Shown here one piece after another: positions 1 to 13,729 of a DNA stretch of 64,000 nucleotides. This DNA is from Ginglymostoma cirratum (lineage: Eukaryota). The notes under the pieces were generated by a model. The model worked only from the letters and a program-made list of their open reading frames with translations, was not told the DNA's origin and ran no database searches. The position numbers and the translations under genes were made by a program. Position 1 is the stretch's first letter; the number at the start of each line of letters is the position of its first letter. The stretch is from the NCBI GenBank assembly GCA_024137785.1, contig JAHRHZ010000145.1, positions 22,163,957 through 22,227,956 of the forward strand. Reading direction: 5' to 3'.

Positions 1-118
1 CTAGGCCCGAAACGTCAAGCTTTCCTGCTCCTATGATGCTGCTTGGCCTGCTGTGTTCATCCAGCTCCACACCTAGTTATCTCAGATTCTCCAGCATCTG
101 CGGTACCTATTATCTCTG
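1..118 (+). mobile_element. Penelope-like element 3' terminus with partial hammerhead motif, cut by the window edge
   Basis: ctaggcccGAAACGTCaagctttcctgctcctatgatgctgcttggcctg...ctccagcatctgcggtacctattatctc is near-identical to the copies at 42087-42215 (-), 61309-61445 (-) and 61960-62047 (+). Confidence 0.8.
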
Positions 119-264
119 ATACAAAGTATTTACTGCATTTGCTTATATGAATTAGAATTTTGATAAACATGCATTTAATACTTAATAAAGCTTAACCATA
201 AAGTGATATAAATGTAAGTGTACTTTTAACCATAAGAAATCCAACCAAAGGTTGTGGTTCATTT

Positions 265-1090
265 GGAAGGACGTATAATTCAAAAACATAGGGGTAGTGT
301 AACTATATAAAATAACCTTGGTTATATTGGGTATTAATCACAGTCTGATCCCTACACTACATATAGAATCCTTAAGCACTGAAAAAACATAATTGCTCAT
401 GAGGAGCATGAGAAGATAAGCCATCAGGAAGGACTGAACATGCTAGGCTGTTTTCTTAAACAAAGGGAAGACTGAGAGACAACCTGATACAGTCTTTACA
501 ATTATGTAGGATTCAGACAAGGTAAATGTACAGAAGTTGATCACAAGATGAGGAAGACCTTTGTGTCAATGTTTAATTGTTCATTCATGGAACGTAGGTG
601 TCACTGGCTGGGTATGTATATATTGGCATTCCATAATTGTCAGTGAGGAGGTAATGTGCCTCCCTCTTGAACCACTGCAGTCTATGTGGTAAACGTATAC
701 AGTGCGAATAGGAAGGAAGTTTCAGAATTTTGATCCAATGACAATGAAGGAACTGTGATTATCATTCCATGTCAGCATTATGGCTTGGAGGGGAACTTGC
801 AGGTTGTGGTGTTCCCAAGCATCTGGTGACCTTACCCAGAAAGAATTTGTAGTCCCTCATAGTGGTATCCAAGTAAGTTGAAGCAATTCTCGCATTTATG
901 TCTCCACTACTTCGTCCATAGGTCTATCCCAATAATAATCACCTATGACATCTGCTATCAGATCTAAATTTGTTTTCTAGTAATTGTAGCTCATGCCCCC
1001 TCGTAAAAACTCTCTAGAATTTCCATAATGTTTACTCTGAAGGTATCGTAATACCCTATGTAAGATCGCCTCTAGGACACATCTTTTCTT
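265..1090. mobile_element. Cluster of decayed LINE fragments
   Basis: CR1-like 3' sequence at 265-560. 575-830 is the reverse complement of the 3' end seen at 28200-28435. A reverse CR1 fragment lies at about 930-1090. Confidence 0.5.
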
Positions 1091-4000
1091 GTCACACTTT
1101 GCATACGTTAAAAGAAAAGCTACATGTCCCTAGCCAGATTACAACATCTAATTGGCAGTCTGATCTGAGATTTTAACTGTGCAAAGTGAGAGCTTAATCA
1201 CAAATTGTGGTGTATGAGTTGTTTTGCTTAATATCCCTTTTCATAAATGTAAACATATTTTCAATTTTTCTTACTGGATAACTGTGCTGTCCACTCTCTC
1301 AATTGCACTGAATCTTCATGCTTGCAAGCTTCTTCTAAGCCCCTTTACCGCCACCCCCTCTCCCCAGTACACAGCCAGTGGCTTTCGCAGCTCCCTGGAC
1401 CTCTTCTGAGTCTCCACTCTAAAATGGAGCTATCTACTACCTCAAATTTCTATGATTATTTCCCATCATTCAGATCTCTAAAAACAACAAAAGGCACTCT
1501 TATGGCACAAAGGGTGATGTCTCTGCCTCTGAGCCAAAAGCTCTGTGTTCAAGTTGCACTCTAGGGCATGATGACCGTGAAAAGGTACATTCATATCTTT
1601 GATTATTCGTCTGCACATTATTTTAATAGTCCTATGGCAGATGGTAGGAATTGAAGAGTCTGTTGGTCAACTGAGCTTTATATGGAATGGTTGTCCTGTG
1701 TAGATCCAGGAAAAACTTCCTATGCAAACAGGTATACTTTCTCTGTGACCTGTATTATGCAGCATGTGAAAGCCTCCCAGTCTAAATAAATAAAACCAAC
1801 AAGTAGTCTTACATTCTTCTCAGTATTGTTTCCAAAGTTTAATTGCTTCCTTTGTGTCTTTAGTGACTAATACACAACATTACACAGGTTATGATTTGAT
1901 CAAAACATCACTAAGCTTAAGCCATGGTATCCTTGGAACTGTAAACTACTATTTTCCATATAAAATTCAGTAATTTACTTGATTGTTTGACTAATTGGAC
2001 ATTTTCACAGCCAAACTTACTAAAACTCCAATTTCTTCTTCAAATTCATCATTAGCCATTTCAGCAGCCATTCTGAAATACACAAGTTGCATATCTTTAA
2101 AAATCTATTTCATATCATTCTGTCACCATTTGACACTCAATTAATTTCAATGGGGCACCAAGCCTCTTTGGATCATTTTTGTTAATATAAAACATAGTTT
2201 ACAATACCCTAAAGACTTAATATACTGCTGCAATGAGAAGCTTCATTTAATTGCCTGGCTACTAATAGACAAATACTGCAACTCTTGATGCTGAGATCCA
2301 ATCCAGATTAGTCTCAGGTCTCCGAATCCAGAAACTGACTAGACATAAAGCACTTGCCTGTATAGTTAATGAGTACTTCAGCAGTGAAAGTGGAGTCTTG
2401 TCAAAGGAAATGCTAGTTTATGCATTATCGTTGAGCACTTGATGACAATTCAATATGCAGAATATGAAACACAAGAGCTTCATCAGAAGTAACTTTTCCA
2501 TTTCATCTCTCAAGAGTTGTATATATGCTGTTTAGTTTCTCATTTATTTCTAGAACCCTGACATGTTAAGTTATATTATGCCTACTATATTATGTTTGAA
2601 ATAGGAGAGAGATTATTCTCCTGATAAATTGTGTCAGTTGAGAGTTTTATCAATTGGAAACAAAATACCCAACAGTTTTCCACCCTGCGTCCATTTAGAA
2701 CACACAAGATCTTGTATTTGCTTCTACTTTCAAGAAGATTTGAAAATGACTATCTTCGTGTGTCTTTTAATTGTACTGGTATTTCATTTTTATTCCAGGT
2801 CAGAAACTTAAAAGCTCTGCTACATAATTACATTCAGTACTCAGCCCTTACTGAGCTTGCAGCAAATGGGCATAGTGCAATCTGTACTGAATATATATGT
2901 ATCTATAGCATGATATTCAAAATTAATATGAACAGAAGCAATTTTTATTATCTTTGGTTAAATTGTGACTTGTGTTCTGAAAAGTTAACAATGGAATTCT
3001 TTTACGTGTCTCAATCTGGAGGGTCAATATAAAATAGACAATATTAATTCTAGTGTGATGAAGTTAAAATAAATATACAGGAATAATAAATCAATTTTGA
3101 TTCTCTTCAGAATGGTTCCTTTTTCTCTTACAATATTATTTCAGTCTCACAGAGGTAGCCAGAATCTCTCTATTCGTACTTTAAACACTCCTCCTTTGTT
3201 TCTGGCTCATTCTCTTTGGGCAACCTTGCCAGGTGGATCTTTTCTTCTTGTGTAGCTGATCCCTGATGTTTCTCCTCTTTCTTTGACAAAGACAAAAGCA
3301 AAGAAATTATTGAAAAGAGGAGGCAGAAATTCTCTAGCCCAAAGAGCCCTTGTTTTGCCACTAATCCTCAATTACTATGTTGAACATTTCTTTGTTATTC
3401 TAGTTCTTATGAAATATGTGAATTAAAGAAAAAGCATTTTACAATAATAATGGAGTTTAGTTAAATATATGAACTTAATTTGACTAGAATGATTTGTTGA
3501 AGCCAATAGGCGAATATCTGCTGTGAAATATCCCGGGCCAGAAACAGGGTAAAATCCAATGTCAAAGTACAGGTAGGTGCCAAAGTTTGGAAGGTCGAAT
3601 GATCCGGCAAAGATGACACTGAACTACATTGGTTTCCATTCTGGCAATGTGCCAATTTTAAAATTCCTATTCCTGTTTTCCAACTCATCCAGAGGCTTGT
3701 CCCTCCCTACCACTAAGCTCCTCTTGTTCTGTATTCTCCATGGCTGTCCAATGCTGGTCTCATACGCATCCCAGATTTTCATCATTTCACCACTGGTAGC
3801 CATGTATTCAGGTGTCTAGACCCTAGGTTTTGACATTTTCACTCTAAATTTCTCTATTTCTTTGCTTCCCTTTTCTACTCCAAGATGATCCACAAAATGT
3901 ACAACCTTTGCAAAGCTTCTGCTCACCAAGCCTGCTGGTCTGACTCTTCTGAGAATGGTAATCATAGATGGATTACTGCACCTGCTCCTACTTTTGCCAC

Positions 4001-5739
4001 CTAAATGGAACTCCACACTTCTAGCCAGGACACTAGCAACCCCAGCTTCTTCAGAAATTTAAAGTGTACAGGAAATCAGAGTCTGCCTTCATGCCTCTGG
4101 ATCATTCAAGGGAAGCCTAGCCACACCTCCTTTTCATAGCACTGATAGTTGTTTCTGGAAAGTTCATACGTTAATATGCTGAAAACCTTAGGGGCATCTG
4201 AACAGATTTTCTGTGTGTTAGTGAATGACTATTATATGAGTAGGTGGTTAAGTTGAGAGCATGAGTGAGCTAAGTGGTTAAGGTTATAAATGGGTGGGTG
4301 AGTAAGGCAGCAGGTGGTGGGTGGGTCGGATGTCAGGGTGACAGGAGTAAAAATAACACCTTTTTTCAAGGACTCAACTTGAGATTTTCTCAAGGACTAC
4401 TTTTTGATTCTTAGAGGTGACTTCTTGGTTTCAGGACAGGCTTTTTATTTGTTCTCACAAACTCATTTATTAAGTGACACTAACATGTAGCAATCACACC
4501 TTCTGTATTTCTGTTGACTTATAGGGTATTTATACTTTCACAAGTAGAATTAGAATAATTCATTAATAGTCTCAATAATTATCAACTTTCCATAAAACTT
4601 AAAGTCATGGCACAGAAGGGTAAGCATTAATTTCCTAGAAACAGTAGTTAAATTAGTACAAGATAAGCAGCAGCTAACTTTTCTTTTAGAAAATAAAAGA
4701 GAAAAAATGTCAAAATCGTTTAATCATGGTACCTCTCCGACTGCATTAGGATCAACACAAGAAGGGAATCTTATTCTGCTTTGGTGTCAATAGGACACAT
4801 ACACTTGATTCACATCAAAAGAATATATTGGTTGGAAATATCCTCAGGGCTGCTCCTGCTGTGCTACAAAAACATGGAAGGGCACAGGTACTGAAGTGGG
4901 AGCAGTTCAGAGGAAATTTTTGGCCAATATATTTTGCATTGTGCCCTGAGATTCTGTGACATTAAGAAGTTCGACACCAGAAAATTTAAACCTTTTAAAA
5001 TTAATCAATTTTAGCATCACTGTCATCAGAGTAATCCTCTCACCATTTAGCCAGTTTAAATATTTAAAGAACTGTGTAGAAGGAGAAGGTCATTAACGAC
5101 AGTCAGTATCCATCTTAAACATAAATCAATTAAAAGCATGATTAACTCAAAATCGTTTGACTAAACAAAAAATGTAGATGGTAGCAACAAGGAGCTCACA
5201 AGGATACCTGTTAGTGGATTGCCCTCTCTGACTTTTACGCCTGCCTTAATGGCAAATTAGCGAGTAAAATTTTCATTTCGAAGTCTATATGTGGAGGTGG
5301 GTCCAAATTGTGCTCAGGGTGGGTTATCCTATGCAATTATATCTTTTAAACTCATTACTTTTTCACGTGCTGGTCAAACACTAAATTTTAGTGACAGTTA
5401 ATCAGGAAGCTCTGCTCCTCCCAACCAGGATTTCCAGTCTTCAACTTCTGGGGGCAATATAAAAAAGGCACCCGGTCAGCACTTCAATCTCCGCAATCCA
5501 GGACTATTTCTCAACCTCGCATCTTGACTCACATCAAGCCTTGGAAGAGATGTCTGACAAAGACCAAAGGTAGTATTAAGACTCGGTAATGCCTCTTTGA
5601 GTGCTTAGCAGCAGCACAATGAAGACTGTCTACGCAGTTCTGCATCCCCCATCAATTTGATTGATCATTGCTAACTTTGCTGTTTTACAGCACGTTGCAC
5701 ACAAAGTCAGGCAACCCCATCACCTCCACCCTCAGGTGA

Positions 5740-5995
5740 CCGTCTGTGTGGAGTTTGCAGATTCTCCTCATGTCTGTGTGGGTTTCCTCTGGGTGCTTTA
5801 GTTTCCTCCCACAGTCCAAAGTGCAGGTTAGGTGGATTGGCCATGCTAAATTGCCCATAGTGTCCAAGGATGTGTAGGTTAGGAGGATTAGCCATGGGGA
5901 ATGCAGGGTTACGGGGTAGGGTAGGGGTTGAGATGCTCTTCAGAATGCCGGCATGGACTAGATGTTTCTACACTGCAGGGACTCAATGATTCTAC
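5740..5995 (+). mobile_element. HE1-type V-SINE, 5'-truncated
   Basis: V-domain-like ctgtgtggagtttgca...gggtttcctc..gtgct..agtttcctcccacagtccaaa, tandem gtgcaggttaggtggattggccatg units and a CR1-like tail; homologous to 24393-24690. Confidence 0.8.
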
Positions 5996-8900
5996 GATTG
6001 CATGGCTTGTGTGCAATCAATGGCTGTAACTTCATTTCACTCATCCACTTATGCTGTACAACATGCCCTCATAATCTCTTATTTTATTCTTTGACCCATT
6101 ATATAATTACTGTCAGAGGGCCTATGCACCATTCCGACCAGTGTCTTCTTCCTTTTGCTATTTCTTAACCTCCACTCATAGCAATTCTGCATCTTCAAAT
6201 TCAAGATTGTTTCTTGCTATTGCATTTATTCCACCCCATTCTAACAAGACTATCACATCACCCTTTCTTTCAGGTCTATCCTCTTGAAAATGTTTATACT
6301 TCTGAACGTTTAGTTCCAAGCTTTGGTGCCCTTGTTAACTGTGTTTCCAAAATGGCTGTAAGATCATACCCATTAACTTCTATGTGTGCCGTTAATTCAC
6401 TTATTTTGCTCGGAATAATTGCGCAGTCAAGTAAAGAGCCATTAATTTTCTTATTTTACCATTCCTGAAGGGTTCTGCTAACGTAATACCAAAAGCGTAA
6501 TTCTCTGTTGTTTCAGAAATTTTGCCTCCCACCCGAATAATTGCCCCCAACTACCTCACTTAAACACCTGGGGATGCCCTGGAAATTCCACCCTGCCTCT
6601 CTTAAAGGATTGCAGACAAATACAAATAATGGTGTGATAACTTACAGGCGATAGGCCGGTTACTCCCAGTCTGGGTCACATTGGGCTGGGAACCATATTA
6701 ACGTGTTCTTTTTAAATGGATTTATAATTCTGCTACTCATTGCATAGAGGAGATTGCTAAATGTGTTAAGTGTTTAACATGATCCAATGAGTGTAAGTAG
6801 TACATAGTGGCAGATCAAAAGGATATGTAGTTGTGTAGATTTTATATTTGAAAATTGTTACTCTTTCTGAGTTGATCTTTTATCCTTTCCTTATTATCTT
6901 GTCATTTCAGACAAGGCCATGAATAAATGGGCTGCCATTTGGAATTATGTAGTCAAGTCCCAATGAAGGAATAATTGAATCATGCATTAATGAAATACAT
7001 GGATCAAACTATCCGTAAAGTGTAGATAAAAATTAGCAATCTTTGACCAAAGATTCTTTGCTACCACAGTTCTTCAATCATTCAGCAAACTATAAAACCC
7101 CAGTGGTCACACTTTTTAACATTAAGTAGACAGATTCATGTTGCAGTTTGGCCTGCTGTACCTTAATAAAACAGTCGCCGTGGAACTTCTTAAATGTTAG
7201 TTAGGATCCAGTACTGAAATATGATAGATGTTCCAGAGATTCCTTATCATTGCAGACTTAGCAAATCTTCCCTGTTAGGACCAACAGACACTTATTTTGG
7301 GTCGAAATGTGACATATTTCATTTTTGCACTCAAAAAGACAATCAGCTTTGCTTACTGTGCCTCTATAGACAGGCTGATGCATTCTTACTGTTTATAAAG
7401 AGAATTTTGTGTATTTCTGAAGAATGACAGCAACAACAGTATAATTTACATTCAGTTTTGCTGCAAAATTGAATGTAAATGGCCTGATGCATTAGTACTT
7501 AATGCTGAGATCATGGATATAGTAAACAGTATGAATGCTTCCTAAAATATAGCAATTGTTACAAAACTATTTCTCTCAGACTTAAGAGTTGTAGGGTTTT
7601 GCAGGGACAATTACTGATACCTTAAAGTAGACAAATTCAATCATTTGACATCATGCTGCTCCAAGTACTTCTCCTTTAAAAGTTTTACATTAATTTGGCT
7701 GTGTAATTGCTAGTTGCTGATCCAACCATTTATAGGTAATTCATGCCATAATTCTTATGAGTAGATGCACCGTTGCTGATGACAACTACTGAAAGTTGCA
7801 AAAGTAACAAAAGCTCACCATGCAGATAAAATGTGCGCCTGAACCTTTTCATGAATGCAATCAGAAATAATCTCAAGAAAAAATAAGACCTTGTGTTGCA
7901 GAGTGACAGGGAATTGATTATAAAAAGATAATGGGCTTAAAAGTAGTTTGTGCATAGAACCCCTGACAGATTGGATGAAATGTGTGCGAAGAAGGTGATT
8001 CAATTCTGATACCAGTACTGATGAGAAAGAAACCTGGTCTATTGGGATAGATACCATTTAAACTACCCGGGAATCAATATCTTGGTGAATTGTATAACTT
8101 CTGGTTATGTGGTTAGGATTTTAAATGAAAACACATGGGCTGGTGGGGCGAGAGAGATTTAGAAATCTGAAAAGTCAAAGCAATGGAACTGTGTAATGAT
8201 TTGAATAAAGACAAGTAGAATGGGGGCAGGAGGAGACAGAGAGAACTAAGAGTTCATCAGCAATTAAGGTCCATGCAAAGAGCAACAGTAAAAAAAAAGG
8301 GTCTTTATACTAATGTATAAAACATTCATAAAAGGAGATAAATTACAGGCACAAGTGGAGATAAATGTTTTAGATTGAATAATCTAGTGATCTAATAATT
8401 ACTAGGAGCATGGGGCAGGTATTTGTTTCTGCTGAGAACAGGAACAGAGGCTGCACATACTGGAAATAATGATGCTGGCAAGTGTGCCGGTCTTCAGCTG
8501 CTCTTCCTGCTATCTGCGAGTTTCCTCAGGATGGAAGAAGCCCAGCCCGATTCAGCAATGAGGCCAACTTTGCTCAATAAGAGGGCCAGCCGGACCTCTT
8601 GTTGGGGCAGACTGGGTGCATGCTGGATATGGAGGCAGACAGAAATGCAGTGGGCAGCCAGTGTGTGATGTGTCCTGACATTAGGCAGGCATTAAAAAGA
8701 AGAACAGGTGGCAGGGACCTTGCTTTTGCACACCAGTGGGTCAATCAGATTGCAGGGAGAGTGGTCACTTTGTATCCGCCCCCTATTGGCATTGTAGGGG
8801 TAGAAGCGGGGAGGGGAAGGATTCCTGTTGTTACTGGGAGCCCAGGTGAGCGGTATTGACAGATTGATTCTCAGATTTTTGGTCTAATAAGAGGAATCAT

Positions 8901-9179
8901 CCCCTGCAGGAGAGAAAGCAACAACACCCCAAGTATAAGGATGCTGCTGGAGAGGGATGAGGGACAAGAAGATAGCACAGCATATATTCTACCAGAAAAG
9001 TGGAGCTAACTTGACATGTTGTAGAACCCGTGCTGCAGGAGACTGCAACTTTGCAGGCAGATTTATTTTTCCACAGCATATTGGCACCGCTGGCTTGATT
9101 GCTTATGCCTAATTGTCTTTGAACAGTATGTGCCCTAATGGTGGACATTCACATGACAGAATTTCTTCCCATCCCCTGC

Positions 9180-9960
9180 CAGTAACCATCAAAGTTGCAA
9201 TGCCTATGGCCTTGTTCACTCCCGTCTCCATCCAAGGATAAGCAACTGACCTTGTCAGTGCTTCACAAATGGCAATACACCATTGTCTCTTGCAGGTTAT
9301 TGATTCCCTTTTTGAGAAGGTACTGAATTTCAGACAAATGGCTCCTCACAGGTATAGAGGCTGGTGAGGTGTACCTCCACCATTGGATTCCTGTAGATGC
9401 AGAGCTTCACTGATTGTATCCATGGGGCCATCAAGGTACTAAGCCATTTCACAGCCACTGAGATTCAACAATAAAAAGGGCTTCCACTCCCTCTGTAATC
9501 AGCTGGTCTGTGAGCTAAGCGCTTTATAGTCACTCTCTGGCAAACTTCCCTGACCCATTCATTCGCTAACAGCACAAGGGTGCTGCAGTTCCTCATCTCA
9601 TTCACTTGCTCGCACCTCCACTCCTGCCTTTGATGGCTACTCATGAATTTATATGACCCTGAGACAGAGCCCGAAGGGCACTGCAATCAAGCTATTTGAT
9701 CATTTCAGACATCTGAAGTACCTACATTGGTTACATGACCCACTGCACCACCAAGCTGCAAGGATGCTGACCATTGTGCTGGATTGCTAGGTTCTCCACA
9801 ACATGACCCAGAAAGAAAGAAAGACTGAGTGCAGCTGTGGAAGGACAGAGCTCCTCAGAGGAAGAGGTGGAGCAGGACTTAGAACAGGAGTTGGAAGATG
9901 AGGAGTGGCAGGAAGTTGCAGATCACAAAGGTGCTGCGCAGGGAGGCAGCCATGGCACGT
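9180..9960 (+). mobile_element. Decayed PIF/Harbinger transposase (HARBI1-like DDE) fossil
   Basis: Broken motifs in the expected order: HHCLLQVIDSLF (about 9280), QSFTDCIHGAIK (about 9400; cf. GAIDCTH), FNNKKGFHSL..QLVC (about 9465; cf. NRKG.HS.N...VCD), VLHNM (about 9790; cf. CCVLHN), then an acidic tail EEEVEQDLEQELEDEE. Confidence 0.7.
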
Positions 9961-10739
9961 GCAGGACTCAAGGTTTTTGTCAGGATGTCATCAGCACCAC
10001 AGATTGTCTGATTAATCCAAGTTTTTAGCTGAGTCCTTGGAATGCAGGAGGGACAGGAAGGTCTCGAACTTCCTTTCAGCTGCCAGTGAAAACAATTGCT
10101 TTGAAAACACAGCCTAGAATAGAGACATCCTTACTGTCAATGAAAGATGCTCATTGGTTCAGAGGTTTCACAGCCCTGCTTAAGGACTCTTGCTTCACTT
10201 CACCTCCTTTTCTGGCTCACCATTGAAGAATGGAAGCTCACATGCCTGGCATGATGTCTGTATATTCATAGTACTGGGGGAAAAAAAAGCTTGCACATTT
10301 ACAGCTGAGGCAAAGCCCAGTGTACCACTGGGTCCTGCACAACACAGTGACGACTGCTCTTGGCCAGTCTCTGCGGTCCTCCTTTGGGGCCTGCTTCAGT
10401 ATCTGAGGAAATTGTACAGATAGTGAATGAACTGGTTGTGATTTTTCCAAATTTTTTTTCAAATCTGCTAAATTTTAAAATGTCCCAGTGGATTGGAAGT
10501 TAGCAAATGTAACACTGCTGTTCAAGAAAGGAGGGAGAGAGAAAAGCAGGAACCATAGAACAGTAAGCATGACATCAGTCATTGTGAACTGCTGGAATCT
10601 ATTAAGGAAATCTAATAATGCACATGGAAATTTATAGAATGATCAGATAGAATCAGCATATCTTAATGAAAGAGAAATTGCTTTTGACTAATTAAAGTTT
10701 TTTTGAGAATGTTAATAGTAGGGATGCTAAAGGGGAATC

Positions 10740-10833
10740 TGAGGCTGAAGAAGGGTTCCGACCCGAAACCTCAACTTTCCTGCTGCTCTGATGCTGTCTG
10801 GCCTGTGTTCTTCCAGCTCCATACTGTGTTATC
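10740..10833 (+). mobile_element. PLE terminus fragment with hammerhead-like motif
   Basis: CTGAAGA-a-GGGT-tccg-ACCC-GAAA-cctc followed by aactttcctgctgctctgatgctg...ccagctcc, homologous to the family at 1-118. Confidence 0.7.
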
Positions 10834-10834
10834 C

Positions 10835-11042
10835 CAGTTAGCTCACTTGGCTGGTCAGCTGGTTTGCGATGTAGAGCAGGGTCAACAGCATGGATTCAAT
10901 TCCCACGGTGGCTGAGGTGACCACGAAGGTCCCTGCTTCTCAACCTCTCCCCTTACCTGAGTCTCAAATTAAACCACCATGAGTTATCTCTCTCCAGTAA
11001 GACAGTAGCCCTCTGGCCCTGTGGGATTATGCCAAATTTACC
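10835..11042 (+). mobile_element. tRNA-derived SINE
   Basis: A-box-like TAGCTCACTTGG and B-box-like GGATTCAATTCC followed by a unique body; inserted in a CR1. Confidence 0.55.
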
Positions 11043-12600
11043 TGACCGAAGGGGAACCAAAATGTAGTGTATGTGGGATTTCCATAAGGCTGTTGCTACA
11101 ATGCCAAACAGGGAAATACCATTTGAGGTAAAGACTCAAAGTTGGGGATAATATATTAGCATAGATGGAGGATTTCTCAATGGACTGGAAGCAAAGCATA
11201 AGACATTAATATATTGCTAAGTGGTAACTAGTGGAGTTCCACAAGAATCAATGCTGCGGGCTCAGTTGTTTATACTTTATATTAATGACTCAGACAGTGA
11301 GACTGTTTGTAATGTATTTATGTTTCTTGATTGTGTAAAGCTAGTGAGAATGCAAGGTCATCTGCTAGGTACTCAGAAGCAACTTGCCAATGTTCCTTGA
11401 ACAGCATCCTCCAAGCCTTCAAACTCTGTTACCTGGAATAATAAGGACAACAGGAATAGGAGAACACACTGATCTGTAAATTCCTTTGCTCGCCACACAC
11501 TACATTCACTTGAAAGTGTATCACCATTTCTGGTCCACCAAACAGTAAGAATTCCAGAACACTCTGCTGAACATCACTGTAGATGCAGGTACACCAGACG
11601 GACAGAAGTTGTTCAAGGAAAGAGCTGATCACCATCTTCACAAGGGCTATTAGTGATGGGCAACAAGTATGGGCCTTGCTGATGATGATCATACCCACGA
11701 ACATATTTTTAAAGATTCCTTCCTACTGTGAGATTCCCAGAACTGCACATAGTTCTACTCTGGGTGTGGTCAAACCAGAGCTTTGTATTGCTTTAGTAAA
11801 ACCACCTCATCCTCTATTCCAGCTCTTCACACAGAAAGGCCATACAGAAGCACTATGGAGGTTCACTAGGCTGAAAGCAGGGTTGGATGGGACTATCCTA
11901 TGAGGAGAGATTGGGTTAACTCGGCCTGCATTCACCAGAATTGAGAAGGATGCCGGGGAATCTAATTGAAATTCGAACAGGGTTGAGCAGACTGGATGCA
12001 GAGAGGATGTCTTCTCCAGTCTAGAATTGGGGGACACAGTCTCAGGATACAGGTAGACTATTTAGGACTGAGATGAGGAAAATGCCTTCATTCAAAGACT
12101 GGTGAACCTGTGGACTCTTCCACCATAGAAGGATGTGGAGGTCACATTCCTGAATATATTCAAGGATGAGATTAATAAATTTCTAGATGTTAAAAGCATC
12201 CAGTGGTATGGGGAGGAAGCAGGAATTTGGCATTGAGGTAGAAGATCAGCAATGATCATACTGAATGGCAGAACAGGCTCAAACCGCTGAACAGCCCACT
12301 CCTGCTCCTTGTTTCTATGCTTCTACACAAAACTTGTGAAAATAGTAAACAGTAAGAAGGTTAAAAACAGATTTTAGCAAGATACAGACAGACTGGTGAA
12401 ATAGGCTTATATGTAGTTGATGAGACTTAATGCAGAGAAGTGTGAAATGATACACATTGGGTAGAAAAAATGATGAGAGGTGATATGAACTTAAAATGAG
12501 GGTGCAGGAGGAGAGAGATCTGGAGATGTATGTACATAAATTTTTGGCTCTTTGAAGGTAGCAGGAAAAATTGAGAATACTATTAAAATTCTGGCTTTAT

Positions 12601-13371
12601 CATTATGATCCCAGCTGAAGTTAGTACAGGACAAGTCAGATGCCAAAGTGAAACCTGGCCCGACAGGCTTAAACTTGTTTTTTTTAATATGGCTTTCAGT
12701 TACTGAACACATTCACAAGAGTCTGTTTGAGTACCTTTAACAAAAATAATATGCTTATTAAATAAGAAAGAAACTTGAACTACATTACACAAGACAAATA
12801 GGTTCGAAAAATGTCATTACAAACACCAGAAAAGGATTCAAACTCAAAGGATTCAAACTCCTTTTATCCCACGAACATCTTTAGAAAGACTGAAGCTCCA
12901 ATGAAGGTTTACCATTATCTCCACACCAAAGCTTCTCACTCATGTTGCTAGCACAGCTGCAAATGGTTCTCTTCTGGCAAAATCTTATGTATTTACTAGA
13001 CGCTGTATCTTCAGCTAGCATCTTTCCCTGAGGCATATAAAACAAACTTCAAACTCAACACAATTTCCCTGAACTCAGTTTCCAGTGATCTTGCAGGATT
13101 TATTACAAAAGAGACATTCCTGTCTCCACTCTCTGACACTTGCACCCCGCCCCACTTTTCTCTGGATCTTCATGTATCCTTGCACTGCTGTCGTTAAGCA
13201 ACAGGACAGACTTCTAATTTTTTTTAATGCACTAAACTACTAATCCCCACCTATTCACTTCAAAAACTTATGAAAAATGCATGTAGATAAAATGTTTCTA
13301 AATCTCTCTACACCAAGCTCATAGGAACAACTTTAAAACAATGAAACAAAAAACATGATTATTTCATAACA
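12601..13371. mobile_element. Probable solo LTR (or short TIR element) inserted in a CR1 fragment
   Basis: CR1 sequence breaks at 12600 and resumes near 13415. The insert ends (ca)TTATGA...TCATAACA resemble TGTTATGA/TCATAACA termini; no ORF and no clear TSD. Confidence 0.45.
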
Positions 13372-13729
13372 CAAAAAAATACAAAACATTAAGTTGTACA
13401 TTGTTCTCACTATTATCAATAGAAGATTATAGTATAAAAGCAAGGAAGTTATGCTAAAACTTTTTAAATCATTTGAGAGACCTTAGCTGATGCATTGTGT
13501 TCAATTCCAGGCCTCTCATTTTAGGAGAGAAAAAGAAAGACATTTAGCAGAATAAATCCCAAGTTGAGGGGCTTCATTTATGTGAAAGATTGGAGATGTT
13601 TGGATCTTTCTCCTTTGAACAATGAAGTTAAAAAGAGAATTGGTCAAAATCATTTAGTTATAAGAAATTGCCCAGATCTAGAGATTCAATTGACTACGGC
13701 AAGTGAGGAGCTGAAGTAAAGTAGTATAG

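Larger units (their letters stand above)
10420..12320 (+). mobile_element. Decayed CR1 LINE (RT region to 3' UTR) with nested insertions
   Basis: Degenerate CR1 RT motifs (ANVTLLFKKG, TSGVPQES, FILYIND) and a CR1 tail (ctcctgctcct.gtttctatg). Interrupted by a PLE end (10740-10835), a SINE (10835-11040) and another LINE 3' end (about 11380-11710). Confidence 0.7.

Noticed and set aside
2631-3032. 133-aa plus-strand ORF
   Set aside because: Non-ATG start, AT-rich composition, no recognisable domain or exon structure.
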